Positions 29,276 to 38,859 of a DNA stretch of 59,024 bases are shown here, in pieces (within the stretch, counting starts at the first letter, position 1; each line of letters begins with the position of its first letter). Source of the DNA: an uncultured Erysipelothrix sp. (lineage in GTDB: Bacteria > Bacillota_I > Bacilli_A > Erysipelotrichales > Erysipelotrichaceae); assembly GCA_965365985.1 (NCBI GenBank), contig CBDUDQ010000001.1, positions 1 to 59,024 on the forward strand. The letters are read 5' to 3'. The notes under the pieces are model-generated. The model searched no databases, was not told the DNA's origin, and saw only the letters and a list, made by a program, of their open reading frames with translations. Position numbers and translations under genes: made by a program.

Positions 29276-30180
29276 AAGAACATAAAGATGCTTTTATTTA
29301 TTCTATACAGTATATCAATCCTTTAAGTGATGCCAGTGTTTCTAACTATTCAAGCGACTTGGATCAATACATTCTTTATTTACAAGATAATAAAATAAAT
29401 ACAATAAGAGATGTTGATTATCAAGTTATCACACAATATATAAATTTCTTAAAGAAAGATTATGAGTTTAACAGTATTGCCAGGAAAGTAGTTTCTCTAA
29501 GACAGTTTCATCAGTATTGCTTTAGACAAAAGATTACAGAGTATGATACCAGTGACTTTATTTCATTAAAAACAAGTTCGAAGCGTCTTATCCAAACAAT
29601 GAGTCTTGAAGAACTAACGAAGATGCTTAATTTTGAAGTTGAAACTGGTAAAGGTCTCTTAGATAAAACTTTAATTATGGTCATTGCAAGGTGTGGGCTT
29701 AGGGTTAGTGAGGCTTGTAATTTGAAGTTCAATCAAGTTCATTTTGAAGAAGGTTTAATAAGAGTGGTCGGTAAGGGGAATAAGGAACGTTTAATACCCA
29801 TCCATAAAGATGCTTTATTCTTCTTAAATTCTTATATCAAAGATGTGAGACCTTCTTTCATAAAAAAGCCGAGCAATTATATATTTATTACGCAGCGATC
29901 TAATCAAGTATCACGACAATATGTTCATACTATGATAAAATTAAGGGGTCAAGATGCAGGTCTTAACCACAATTATTCAGCGCATACACTAAGGCATAGT
30001 TTTGCGACACTATTATTGGAGGCGTCTGTAGATTTGAGGGTGATTCAGGAACTTTTAGGACATGCTGATATCAGCACAACTCAAATTTACTTACATGTAA
30101 ATAAAGAAACACTAAAAAGAGAGTACGATCATTTTATGCCAAATGGTTTTGCTTCAAAGGGAGAAGAAGAAAATGAATAA
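29272..30180 (+). CDS. xerD: XerD/RipX-family tyrosine recombinase
   Basis: N-terminal SAM-like domain; catalytic set GLRVSE, GKGNKER, HTLRH, LGH, TTQIY. The xer-deoB adjacency matches Bacillus ripX-drm. Confidence 0.88.
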   Translation: MKEHKDAFIYSIQYINPLSDASVSNYSSDLDQYILYLQDNKINTIRDVDYQVITQYINFLKKDYEFNSIARKVVSLRQFHQYCFRQKITEYDTSDFISLKTSSKRLIQTMSLEELTKMLNFEVETGKGLLDKTLIMVIARCGLRVSEACNLKFNQVHFEEGLIRVVGKGNKERLIPIHKDALFFLNSYIKDVRPSFIKKPSNYIFITQRSNQVSRQYVHTMIKLRGQDAGLNHNYSAHTLRHSFATLLLEASVDLRVIQELLGHADISTTQIYLHVNKETLKREYDHFMPNGFASKGEEENE

Positions 30181-31360
30181 ATATAATAGAATTATAACAA
30201 TTGTTATGGATTCAGTTGGAGCTGGTGCAGCTCATGATGCTGAAAAATTCGGTGACTTGGGTTCAGATACTCTTGGGCACACCGCTGAGGCCGTAGGTGG
30301 CGTTAGTTTACCAAACCTTGAGCTATTAGGCTTAGGAAATTTACATACCGTAGAAGGCGTTAAAGAGGTTAAAGAACCTAAAGCATATTACACTAAAATG
30401 GTGGAGGCTTCTAATGGTAAAGATACCATGACAGGTCACTGGGAAATGATGGGATTATATATTGAAAAACCATTTATAACTTTTACCGAAACTGGTTTTC
30501 CTAAAGAATTATTAGATGAATTATCTGAACGTACAGGTTATGACATCATTGGTAACAAATCAGCTTCTGGGACGGAAATTCTTGAAGAGCTTGGTGAAGA
30601 ACATATGAAGACAAAAGCGATGATTGTATATACTTCAGCAGACTCTGTTTTACAAATCGCTGCACATGAAGATGTCTTTGGAATCGAAGAATTATATCGT
30701 GTATGTGAGATTGCTCGTGAACTGACAATGAAAGATGAATGGAAAGTAGGGCGCGTTATTGCAAGACCATTCTTAGGAACAGGTAAAGGACACTTTAAAC
30801 GTACTTCTAACCGTCATGATTATGCTCTAAAACCTTTTGCCAAAACAACTTTAGATTCATTAAAAGATGCTGGTAAAGATGTAATTTCTGTAGGGAAAAT
30901 CTCAGATATATTTGATGGAGAAGGCATTACAGAATCTCATAGAAGTAAATCTAACTTTGATGGTATGGAACAAACCATAGATATTGTTAAAAATAAGGAC
31001 TTTGATGGTTTCATGTTTGTAAATTTAGTAGATTTTGATGCACTTTGGGGTCATAGACGTAATCCTCAAGGATATGCAGACCAATTGGAAGAATTTGATA
31101 AACAACTTGGAGAATTGCTTCCATTAATTAAAGAAGATGACTTATTAATCATTACAGCAGACCATGGTAACGATCCAACAGCACCAGGGACTGATCATAC
31201 TCGTGAAGAAGTTCCAACATTCTTCTATTCACCATCACTCAAAGGTTATGGCTTCATTGAGAAACCAGACACATTTGCTGATATTGCAGCAACAGTAGCT
31301 GATAACTTCAAAGTTGATATGCCTGAATACGGAAAATCACTATTAAGTAAATTACTATAA
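30173..31360 (+). CDS. deoB: Phosphopentomutase
   Basis: [56 protein letters not shown] at 30173. Confidence 0.98.
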   Translation: MNKYNRIITIVMDSVGAGAAHDAEKFGDLGSDTLGHTAEAVGGVSLPNLELLGLGNLHTVEGVKEVKEPKAYYTKMVEASNGKDTMTGHWEMMGLYIEKPFITFTETGFPKELLDELSERTGYDIIGNKSASGTEILEELGEEHMKTKAMIVYTSADSVLQIAAHEDVFGIEELYRVCEIARELTMKDEWKVGRVIARPFLGTGKGHFKRTSNRHDYALKPFAKTTLDSLKDAGKDVISVGKISDIFDGEGITESHRSKSNFDGMEQTIDIVKNKDFDGFMFVNLVDFDALWGHRRNPQGYADQLEEFDKQLGELLPLIKEDDLLIITADHGNDPTAPGTDHTREEVPTFFYSPSLKGYGFIEKPDTFADIAATVADNFKVDMPEYGKSLLSKLL

Positions 31361-31369
31361 TATAATTTT

Positions 31370-31403
31370 AAGAAGAGTGTCTAATTGGACATTCTTCTTT
31401 TTT
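31370..31403 (+). terminator. Intrinsic terminator after deoB
   Basis: aagaagagtgtc-taattg-gacattcttctt followed by a T run. Confidence 0.85.
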
Positions 31404-31432
31404 ATGATAAAGGGATACAAACCGAATTATAA

Positions 31433-31460
31433 ACATTACATAATATACATTATGTGTAGT
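31433..31460. other. dif chromosome dimer resolution site
   Basis: 11-6-11 architecture; reverse complement is ACTACACATAA-TGTATA-TTATGTAATGT. Its central 17 bp CATAATGTATATTATGT equal the E. coli dif core. It is intergenic and lies at the gene-orientation switch. Confidence 0.88.
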
Positions 31461-31519
31461 TGTTGATGTTTAACGATTTATTCGTAGATATTGATAAAGT
31501 ATCATTTGGATCTTGAATT

Positions 31520-31561
31520 AAAAAGACCTCAGTTCCAGATTATTGGCACTAAGGTCTTTTT
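31520..31561 (-). terminator. Intrinsic terminator after murJ
   Basis: aaaaagacctcagt...actaaggtcttttt imperfect inverted repeat with A/T tails, 10 bp after the murJ stop. Confidence 0.75.
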
Positions 31562-31571
31562 GTATATTAGA

Positions 31572-33077
31572 TTAACGTTTTATTTTTTTCTTAACTATTG
31601 ACATTAAATCATCAACTTCTGGTATATGAACCATGAGCATTACTATAAAGTATGCAAGTCCACCTGCAGGAATCGCAGCAAACATTCCCATTGTCCCACC
31701 AACAGTTTTGTGTACTAGATATACAACAACACCCATTATTAAAGCGGCTGCTGAAATTTTAGCATTATCAGCTAAGAATTGCTTTGTATTCATGCTTCCA
31801 ATTTTCTTTCTTAAAGCTGCATATAAGATAATAACTGACACAATGGCTGATAGTGATGTTGCTAAAGCCAATCCGCCTATTCCCATATATTTAGAAAGAA
31901 TAATATTTAAAATTATATTAATAATAACTTCTATTACACCACTACTAACAGGTGTGATTGAATCATGCATAGCATAGAATGTACGCACTAATATTTGTCT
32001 CATTCCAAAAGCAATCGTTCCAACTGTGTAGTAGAACAAAGCATCCGTGGTTCTTACAAGACCAATAGCTGATAGCTGACCTCGACCGTATAGTAACTGT
32101 ACTACTGGACCAGATAAGACCATTAACCCAATTGCCGCAGGTATAATTAAGATATTAACTGTAGTTAATGTCTTTCTAACCGTAACTTTAAGCTCTTCTA
32201 TTTGATTGTTTGCTGCTTGAGCTGCAAGAGAAGGATAAAGTACTGCAGATATTGATCCGACAAATATTCCAATGATTGAATCACTGATTCTTACTGCATA
32301 GTTTAAAGTAGCAATACCACCCTTTGCAATACTAGAAGCAATGTTTGTATCTATGATTCGATTGATTGAAGAAACAGAAGAACCAAATATAATTGGAGCT
32401 GCCATTTGAACCATAGATTTAAGGTTTTCATCATGAATGTTAATCCCATATTTATGACGATATTTATTGTTATAAGATACGTAAACAACAAGTAAAGTTT
32501 GAACAATGATTGATGCCAGTACGCCATAAGCCATCATAATTGGTTTATCCATTATTGATGAAGCGAAAATTGTACTGATTACGATCACATTCATCATCAA
32601 ACCACCAACAACAGTAACCAAGAATTGTTTTTTAATTTGTAAAAAACCTTCTAATATAGATTTGGTAGATAGGAATAAAACAGAGAATATTGAAACCTGA
32701 ACAAATCTTGATGCCAATTCAATTGTAGGTTTATCAAAACCACTCGCAAAAATTCTAACCAATTCGTCTGAGAATATAAAGCCAAATATAGCCAACACCA
32801 ATGAGATTACCATCAGTATATTTAAAACATTGCTAAGATAAGTATTTGCCTCTTCTTCACTTTTTTTGGCAAGCATTTTCGAGTATATTGGTATGAAAGT
32901 AGTAACCAATCCCGCTGCCACAACACCGAAGATAACATTTGGAATGTTTGAAGATATAATATATGCATCTGCATACATGCTATCCCCATAATATTGTGAT
33001 AATATCAATTCCCTTGCGATTCCGAAAAATTTCGAGAATATCGTCCCCATTAATAATATTATTGTGTTCTTTTTCAT
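31572..33077 (-). CDS. murJ: MurJ/MviN-family lipid-linked glycan flippase
   Basis: SKFFGIARE...YYG...ADAY, FIPIY, LNYA.R, L.RTFYAMHD.TP, GLALATSLS; about 14 hydrophobic segments. Confidence 0.93.
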   Translation of the reverse strand: MKKNTIILLMGTIFSKFFGIARELILSQYYGDSMYADAYIISSNIPNVIFGVVAAGLVTTFIPIYSKMLAKKSEEEANTYLSNVLNILMVISLVLAIFGFIFSDELVRIFASGFDKPTIELASRFVQVSIFSVLFLSTKSILEGFLQIKKQFLVTVVGGLMMNVIVISTIFASSIMDKPIMMAYGVLASIIVQTLLVVYVSYNNKYRHKYGINIHDENLKSMVQMAAPIIFGSSVSSINRIIDTNIASSIAKGGIATLNYAVRISDSIIGIFVGSISAVLYPSLAAQAANNQIEELKVTVRKTLTTVNILIIPAAIGLMVLSGPVVQLLYGRGQLSAIGLVRTTDALFYYTVGTIAFGMRQILVRTFYAMHDSITPVSSGVIEVIINIILNIILSKYMGIGGLALATSLSAIVSVIILYAALRKKIGSMNTKQFLADNAKISAAALIMGVVVYLVHKTVGGTMGMFAAIPAGGLAYFIVMLMVHIPEVDDLMSIVKKKIKR

Positions 33078-33164
33078 AAAATCTCCTAATTTCTGTTTAT
33101 AGAGTCTTTATATATTTTACACTAATATTATTAAAATACAAGAAACACCACAAGAAACCATAAT

Positions 33165-34391
33165 TCATTTTGACAAAGCTGTGTAAAGAAAATTATAAAG
33201 TTGACTCTCTTTCCATAAACTTAAGTGAGCATCTGTAATTGATTGTTTATTAATATATCTTATCCGTGTATTTATTTTATTTACTTTTACTCTGATGCAT
33301 AGATTTGAACTTCTATTTTTACTATTCTTAACAGAATAACACGCATCATATATTCCAGGAATTTTTGTATTTACATTGTTTGTATAGACGTTGATTTTTT
33401 TGCTTATATCTTTATCAATGACATCGTAAGCTTTCGCATAGGAATAGGGATTAAAAAGAGTATATTGATCAATTTCGACATCATTAGCTGAGATGATTGG
33501 TGCGGCAATTGAAATGACATCTATACTTAATGGTTTACCAAGAAAAGTAACAAAGGTCCCTGGAACATATATAAATTGACTGGATTGATGACTACCCTCA
33601 CCAACCCTTCTCCTTAAATTATTACATCCTAAGTCTTTAACCAATACTTTGTAATAAGATACAAGACCAAGATACATCTCTTTTCCCAATATATTTTGAT
33701 AAAGGGTGTTCGGTTCATGGTAAGCTCGATTATTGTATCCTAAAGAGCAATTTGTACCTAGATTGATTTGATTGCTCGGTGAAGATATGTTTGGTTTGGG
33801 CGTTGCTACAAGTGCATCATGATAAACACTAAATTGGCTTAAGTTAAAATTTGAGTTGATATGTATTTCCCTATCATTATATTTTTTTTGTAAGGACTTT
33901 TCCTCAAAATAAAATAAAGGACTTCTCAACTTTAAATTTGTTTGTTTTGTATGAATACCAATATAGAGATGATAGGAATGCCCTTCCTTTAATGATGTAA
34001 GGTTTATACTTGTTTTGAAACCAACATTTTTATAGCTGTAGTTACAGCGACTGTTATTAGTTTCATTTGGTTTACATGATGAATATCTTCTATCAATCAT
34101 AATTTCACTGAGATCATGATTGATGAGTTCTGTATTATAGTATTTATGGTCTGATGCGCTTTCTAGAAATACTGTGAAATTATGAGTAGAAATATCTTTT
34201 AAATTTTGGTTTCTATTCACCAATCCCCACCCTTCAATATGTAAATAGTCATCTTCTATGGCCATCTTCGTTATTTCATAATTGAAAAGACTCCGGTCGT
34301 TGATGGTTGTATATTCATTATATAACGTACTGGTATTTACAAAGCTCATAAACAAAACGCTTAAAGATATTATTAATTTAATAAAAATCAC
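33165..34391 (-). CDS. Secreted protein with C-terminal DUF5011/Ig-like domain
   Basis: Hydrophobic signal-like N-terminus; APIISANDVEI...AYDVIDKDIS...VNTKIPGIYDACYSVKNS matches the bacterial Ig-like repeat pattern. GTG start. Confidence 0.75.
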   Translation of the reverse strand: MIFIKLIISLSVLFMSFVNTSTLYNEYTTINDRSLFNYEITKMAIEDDYLHIEGWGLVNRNQNLKDISTHNFTVFLESASDHKYYNTELINHDLSEIMIDRRYSSCKPNETNNSRCNYSYKNVGFKTSINLTSLKEGHSYHLYIGIHTKQTNLKLRSPLFYFEEKSLQKKYNDREIHINSNFNLSQFSVYHDALVATPKPNISSPSNQINLGTNCSLGYNNRAYHEPNTLYQNILGKEMYLGLVSYYKVLVKDLGCNNLRRRVGEGSHQSSQFIYVPGTFVTFLGKPLSIDVISIAAPIISANDVEIDQYTLFNPYSYAKAYDVIDKDISKKINVYTNNVNTKIPGIYDACYSVKNSKNRSSNLCIRVKVNKINTRIRYINKQSITDAHLSLWKESQLYNFLYTALSK

Positions 34392-34426
34392 CCCTACTTT
34401 AAAGTATGAGTGATTATATTAATTTC

Positions 34427-35317
34427 CTATTTAATATTTGAATAAACTTGAAGAGAATCAGATTTCAGACTTACTGATGCAGTTTTATGATTGCCAGCAA
34501 ACTCCCCATCAATATTCCATGCGATGTCTTTGGCATTCGTAACCTTGATTGATTTACTTTGGAAAATAACAAAACATTCATCTTCATAGTTTTGTTTGAT
34601 TAACCCGTTAATAATGAGTCTAAACTCTTTAACATTTTTTGGCTTTTTGATTAAAAGCACTTCAAATAAGCCATCTCCTAAATCAACCCAATCACCATTA
34701 AAATGAATGATTGTGCCTACAGTTTTTGTATTGGTAAAACTTCCAAAAATAAATTCACCGGAAAAATTCTTTTCTTTAGATTCTATTTCTAAGTCGTAAG
34801 ATTTTATTCTTCTAAATGATAAGAAACCAAATAAAACATATGCACTGAAACCAAGGTAATTTTTCAGTTTTTGCGGGGTCTTATAGGTTATCTCTGTGAA
34901 ATTTCCAAATGATAAGGCATAAGTAAATACCTTATCTTCATTAAAGAGTCCGTAATCCAAACTGATCAAATTGTCCGGTTTTGCAAGTTGTAATGATTTG
35001 CTTAAATCATTACTTATGTTTAAATTTGAGGCTATTTCGTTTGAAGTGCCTAATGGCAGTATCTGTAGGGGGACTTTGATATTTAATTCATGCATCGCAT
35101 GAATGACTTGAGACACTGTACCATCCCCCCCACCGACCATAATATAATCAAATTCTAAGTCTATTTTTGAAAGAATATCGTTCGGCCCCAGATCAGCTTC
35201 TGTTAAAAATAAATGATATGGGATTTTTTCGTCTTTAAAATAATTTAAAACTTGAGCTAATTCGTCATCTTTTGAAACACCTGCTTTTGGGTTATATATA
35301 ATAATGGCTGTTTTCAT
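34427..35317 (-). CDS. Diacylglycerol/lipid kinase (DgkB/YegS family)
   Basis: IIYNPKAG, GGGDGT, PLGTSN, DGLFEV, NIDGE. Confidence 0.94.
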   Translation of the reverse strand: MKTAIIIYNPKAGVSKDDELAQVLNYFKDEKIPYHLFLTEADLGPNDILSKIDLEFDYIMVGGGDGTVSQVIHAMHELNIKVPLQILPLGTSNEIASNLNISNDLSKSLQLAKPDNLISLDYGLFNEDKVFTYALSFGNFTEITYKTPQKLKNYLGFSAYVLFGFLSFRRIKSYDLEIESKEKNFSGEFIFGSFTNTKTVGTIIHFNGDWVDLGDGLFEVLLIKKPKNVKEFRLIINGLIKQNYEDECFVIFQSKSIKVTNAKDIAWNIDGEFAGNHKTASVSLKSDSLQVYSNIK

Positions 35318-35340
35318 GTAAATCCTCCGGTTATAGTTAC

Positions 35341-37164
35341 CTATTTATTTAGGTATGGCAAGGAATGTCTTTTGCCTTCAACAAAATCATATTGTATCAT
35401 TTTAAAATCTTCAATAATTTGTTTATTTGTATCATCTAAGTCTTTTTCAGTTAATATTTTATTTTCTACTAAGTAATTTTTCGACTGTCCTGGAATTATG
35501 CTTGAACTGAGTTCATCTCGTAGAGCATCCAACCATGTAAGTTTAACAGAAGCTGCTTTATTGGTTAGACTTGAAACACTCATGGAAGAAATGTTTGCAT
35601 TTAATTTAGAAGTCGTTTCGAAATTTTTGTAAATAAAATAGTCTGTAGCGTATAAATCGAATGGACTGTCATTAATTTCAAGTAAAGAGCTGTATATCCC
35701 TGGAAGATGATCACCATAATAAACAAGAATTATCTTCTTATCTAAGGTGTCAATTTCTTTAATAAGTTGTTCAATTGCTTTATCTGATTTTTGTATGCCA
35801 TAAATATAATTTTTTAAGTTTTTTTCCAATAACATTCCTTTTTCAACTTCAAACTCCTCATATTGATCATCATATTTATTAGAGTATGGTGAATGATTTT
35901 GCATTGTGCTTACATGGATGAATTGGGACTCATCCTTTTTTAAATGTTTCATAATTTCTTTAAATGTAGACTCATCTGAGACATAATCACTGTCGTCTAA
36001 TTTCTCTTGATAAGTCATGTCATCGACAAAGTATACTTCATCAAATCCGAAATTTTCATACACCGCCTCTCTGTTAAAGAGTCTTGGAGTATATGAATGA
36101 ATGGCAATTGACTTAGATTCTAGATTGTTCTTTTTAAATTTATCAACGAAACTTGGAAATCCTGGAACATCTGCAACAAAGTTATTAAAAGGTAAAGCTG
36201 TATTGGAATTCATATATTGAAGTGAAAAACCAGTTAGGACTTCAAATTCTGTATTTGCAGTATTTCCGCCATAAGTTGGTACAATCATTTGTCCATACAT
36301 GTATTTATCTTCAGGATTTTGAATGTATGGAAGAATTTTTTCATCAAGTGTGACTCCTTTAACACGACTGGGATCACTGAGGGATTCTGATAATATGTAT
36401 ACAACCGAAATATCCTGATAATCTTCATGATTCATTTCTTTATTTTTATTATCGGCAATAATTTGATATTTATTGATAATGGATTCAACAGTCTTTTTAG
36501 AATACTTTTTGGGTTCAATCATATTTTTACTGCTTACTTTGGAAATAAATCCTGGAATGAAACCATTTTCTCTATAAATATCTAAAGTTTCTTCATGCTC
36601 ACTGAAATTTAGGTTCTCGAAGGTAGTTTGTACTAAACTCCCCTCTCTTTCAAATTGTCCAAAACTAAAAAAAACCATGATAGAAACACTTAATATTAAA
36701 GCTTGCGTTCTAATACGAAAAGGAATATAAACTGAGAGCTTTGTTTGTTCTTTTTTCTTAACCAGATAAATCAATAAAAAGATAAAAGTTATTATAAAAA
36801 AAAGAAACAAAATTAAATAAACAGGTTCGATTAATCTTAAAAGTGAAGGAATGGATTTAAGAAATCCAAAATCATCGGGTACAATTGGTTCTTTTCTGAA
36901 TTTTATTTTCAAGAAATTTGATAATGATAATAAAATACTTATAAAAATTGAAACGAGTAAGCTGATGTTTTCCCTTTTAAATAATGATAAAAGTGTGATG
37001 TTGATTAAGAAGATAAAGAATGTACTCAATAAAAACAAAGGCATCGATATTAAAAACTTTACGAGTTCGAATCTGCCAAGACTCAAGTATAGTAATAAAT
37101 TACTAAAAACAGCAGAAATAAAGAGTCGGATCATTGGTTTTTTATTAATGAACATATTTTTCAA
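35341..37164 (-). CDS. LTA synthase (LtaS)-family sulfatase-fold membrane protein
   Basis: Five N-terminal TM segments, ILSESL.DP, GGNTANTEFEVLTG (catalytic Thr), TMQNHSPY, YGDHLP. TTG start with a GAGGTG SD. Confidence 0.92.
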   Translation of the reverse strand: MKNMFINKKPMIRLFISAVFSNLLLYLSLGRFELVKFLISMPLFLLSTFFIFLINITLLSLFKRENISLLVSIFISILLSLSNFLKIKFRKEPIVPDDFGFLKSIPSLLRLIEPVYLILFLFFIITFIFLLIYLVKKKEQTKLSVYIPFRIRTQALILSVSIMVFFSFGQFEREGSLVQTTFENLNFSEHEETLDIYRENGFIPGFISKVSSKNMIEPKKYSKKTVESIINKYQIIADNKNKEMNHEDYQDISVVYILSESLSDPSRVKGVTLDEKILPYIQNPEDKYMYGQMIVPTYGGNTANTEFEVLTGFSLQYMNSNTALPFNNFVADVPGFPSFVDKFKKNNLESKSIAIHSYTPRLFNREAVYENFGFDEVYFVDDMTYQEKLDDSDYVSDESTFKEIMKHLKKDESQFIHVSTMQNHSPYSNKYDDQYEEFEVEKGMLLEKNLKNYIYGIQKSDKAIEQLIKEIDTLDKKIILVYYGDHLPGIYSSLLEINDSPFDLYATDYFIYKNFETTSKLNANISSMSVSSLTNKAASVKLTWLDALRDELSSSIIPGQSKNYLVENKILTEKDLDDTNKQIIEDFKMIQYDFVEGKRHSLPYLNK

Positions 37165-37185
37165 TCATATCACCTCACAATCAAT

Positions 37186-37194
37186 ATTATATCA
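37186..37194 (-). promoter_or_regulatory. Extended -10 promoter for the LTA synthase gene
   Basis: TG-a-TATAAT on the minus strand about 22 bp before the start. Confidence 0.6.
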
Positions 37195-37421
37195 TATTCT
37201 TACAATGTCATAGTTTGCTATGAACTACTAAATATTGCAAATAGCATGCTTAAGTTTTATTGATTACCAAACACAATAGAGATTTTTTAAAAACTTTGTG
37301 ATATAAGGACATCTTTCTCACTAAGTGTTCATTATTTTTAACTTATTGTTATGAATTTGAATAATAAATAAGCAATCTTTGTGAAGATGCGATGTAATGT
37401 TAACAAATGAAATGTCAGTAT

Positions 37422-37430
37422 TGGTATAAT
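37422..37430 (+). promoter_or_regulatory. Extended -10 promoter for nox
   Basis: TG-g-TATAAT followed by an AGGAGG SD and ATG at 37454. Confidence 0.65.
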
Positions 37431-37453
37431 TAAATCGTCAAGGAGGACTTTAT

Positions 37454-38803
37454 ATGAAAATTGTAGTTATAGGATGTACACATGCAGGAACTTCAGCAGT
37501 AAAAGCAATACTAAAAGAAGCACCAAAAGCAGAAGTAGTGGTATTTGAAAGAAATGATAACGTTTCGTTTTTATCTTGTGGAATCGCCCTTTATGTGGGA
37601 GAAGTCGTTAAAAATGCTCAAGAGCTTTTTTATTCAAGTCCAGAAGAACTTACTCAACTGGGAGCTCAGATTAATATGGAGCACAATGTCACGAAAGTTG
37701 ATGATGTCAATAAAGTTGTGACTGTCGTTAATCTACTTACCAATGAAGAAAGAACTGAAACTTACGATAAACTTGTTTTAACAACAGGCTCATGGCCAAT
37801 TGAACCACCGATTCCTGGTGTTAAGGCAGAGAATATTTTATTGTGCAAAAACTATAATCAAGCACAGGAAATTATTGCTAAAAAAGATAAAGCACAAAAA
37901 ATTGTCATCGTTGGAGGTGGCTATATCGGAATCGAACTTGTAGAAGCTTTCTGTGAAACAGGTAAAGATGTAACTTTAATTGATGGTTTGGATCGCATAT
38001 TAAATAAATATTTAGATCCTGAATTTACAGATATTCTTGAAAAAGATTTACAAGAACGTGGTGTTACTTTGGCCTTAAGTCAAACTGTTCAATCATTCCA
38101 AGCTGATGAAAATGGAAATGTTAAATCAGTCACTACACCAGATCATGTATTTGAAGCAGATATGGTCATCATGTGTGTTGGGTTTAGACCTAGCAACGAA
38201 TTGATGAAAGACAAAATTGATATGCTTCCTAATGGAGCAATAAAGGTTAATGATTACATGCAAACATCAAATCCAGATATTTACGCTGCTGGTGATAACG
38301 TTGCTGTTCACTACAACCCTACAGGAGACCACTCTTATATCCCATTGGCTACCAATGCAGTAAGAATGGGTACTTTAGTTGGAAAGAATATTCTATCCAA
38401 CAAGGTTGCTTATCGTGGGACACAAGGTACATCAGGTCTTTATCTTTTTGGATTTAACATTGGTTCTACTGGAGTCACTGTTAATTCAGCACCCGTATTT
38501 GGTATGGACGTCAAGTCAGTTGTTTTAGAAGATAATTTCAGACCTGAATTTATGCCTACTACAGAAAAAGTATTGATGAAACTAGTCTATGATGCAAAAA
38601 CTAAGGTTATTGTTGGTGGTCAATTGATGTCTAAGTATGATATCACTCAATCTGCAAACACACTTTCTTTAGCAGTTCAAAATAAAATGACGATTGAAGA
38701 TCTCGCTTACGTTGACTTCTTTTTCCAACCTCATTTTGATAGACCATGGAACTATTTAAATTTATTAGCACAAGCTGCTGTTGATCAAGAATCAAATAAT
38801 TAA
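37454..38803 (+). CDS. nox: H2O-forming NADH oxidase (flavoprotein, redox Cys42)
   Basis: IGCTHAG, SFLSCGIAL, GGGYIG.E, TSNPDIYAAGD, PLATNA, DFFFQPHF. Confidence 0.93.
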   Translation: MKIVVIGCTHAGTSAVKAILKEAPKAEVVVFERNDNVSFLSCGIALYVGEVVKNAQELFYSSPEELTQLGAQINMEHNVTKVDDVNKVVTVVNLLTNEERTETYDKLVLTTGSWPIEPPIPGVKAENILLCKNYNQAQEIIAKKDKAQKIVIVGGGYIGIELVEAFCETGKDVTLIDGLDRILNKYLDPEFTDILEKDLQERGVTLALSQTVQSFQADENGNVKSVTTPDHVFEADMVIMCVGFRPSNELMKDKIDMLPNGAIKVNDYMQTSNPDIYAAGDNVAVHYNPTGDHSYIPLATNAVRMGTLVGKNILSNKVAYRGTQGTSGLYLFGFNIGSTGVTVNSAPVFGMDVKSVVLEDNFRPEFMPTTEKVLMKLVYDAKTKVIVGGQLMSKYDITQSANTLSLAVQNKMTIEDLAYVDFFFQPHFDRPWNYLNLLAQAAVDQESNN

Positions 38804-38820
38804 ATTTAAGAATAATAAGA

Positions 38821-38859
38821 AAAAAACAGCTTATGGAATTTATCCATAAGCTGTTTTTT
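38821..38859. terminator. Bidirectional intrinsic terminator (nox / polysaccharide operon)
   Basis: Perfect aaaaaacagcttatgga-attta-tccataagctgtttttt between convergent genes. Confidence 0.92.

Noticed and set aside
29272..30180. Tyrosine recombinase as a phage or ICE integrase
   Set aside because: It has XerD size and motifs, is embedded by overlaps in a housekeeping operon with the ancestral deoB linkage, and has no mobile cargo or att repeats nearby.
31633..31977. 114-aa + strand ORF opposite murJ
   Set aside because: Antisense shadow of a hydrophobic membrane-protein gene, downstream of terminators.
35123..35129. C7 tract in the lipid kinase as a phase-variation site
   Set aside because: It encodes the conserved GGGDG motif, is short, and the frame is intact. 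Other A/T runs are expected at this AT content.
37290..37410. Rex operator upstream of nox
   Set aside because: Only half-sites or poor matches to TTGTGAA-N4-TTCACAA were found; not supportable without a PWM scan.
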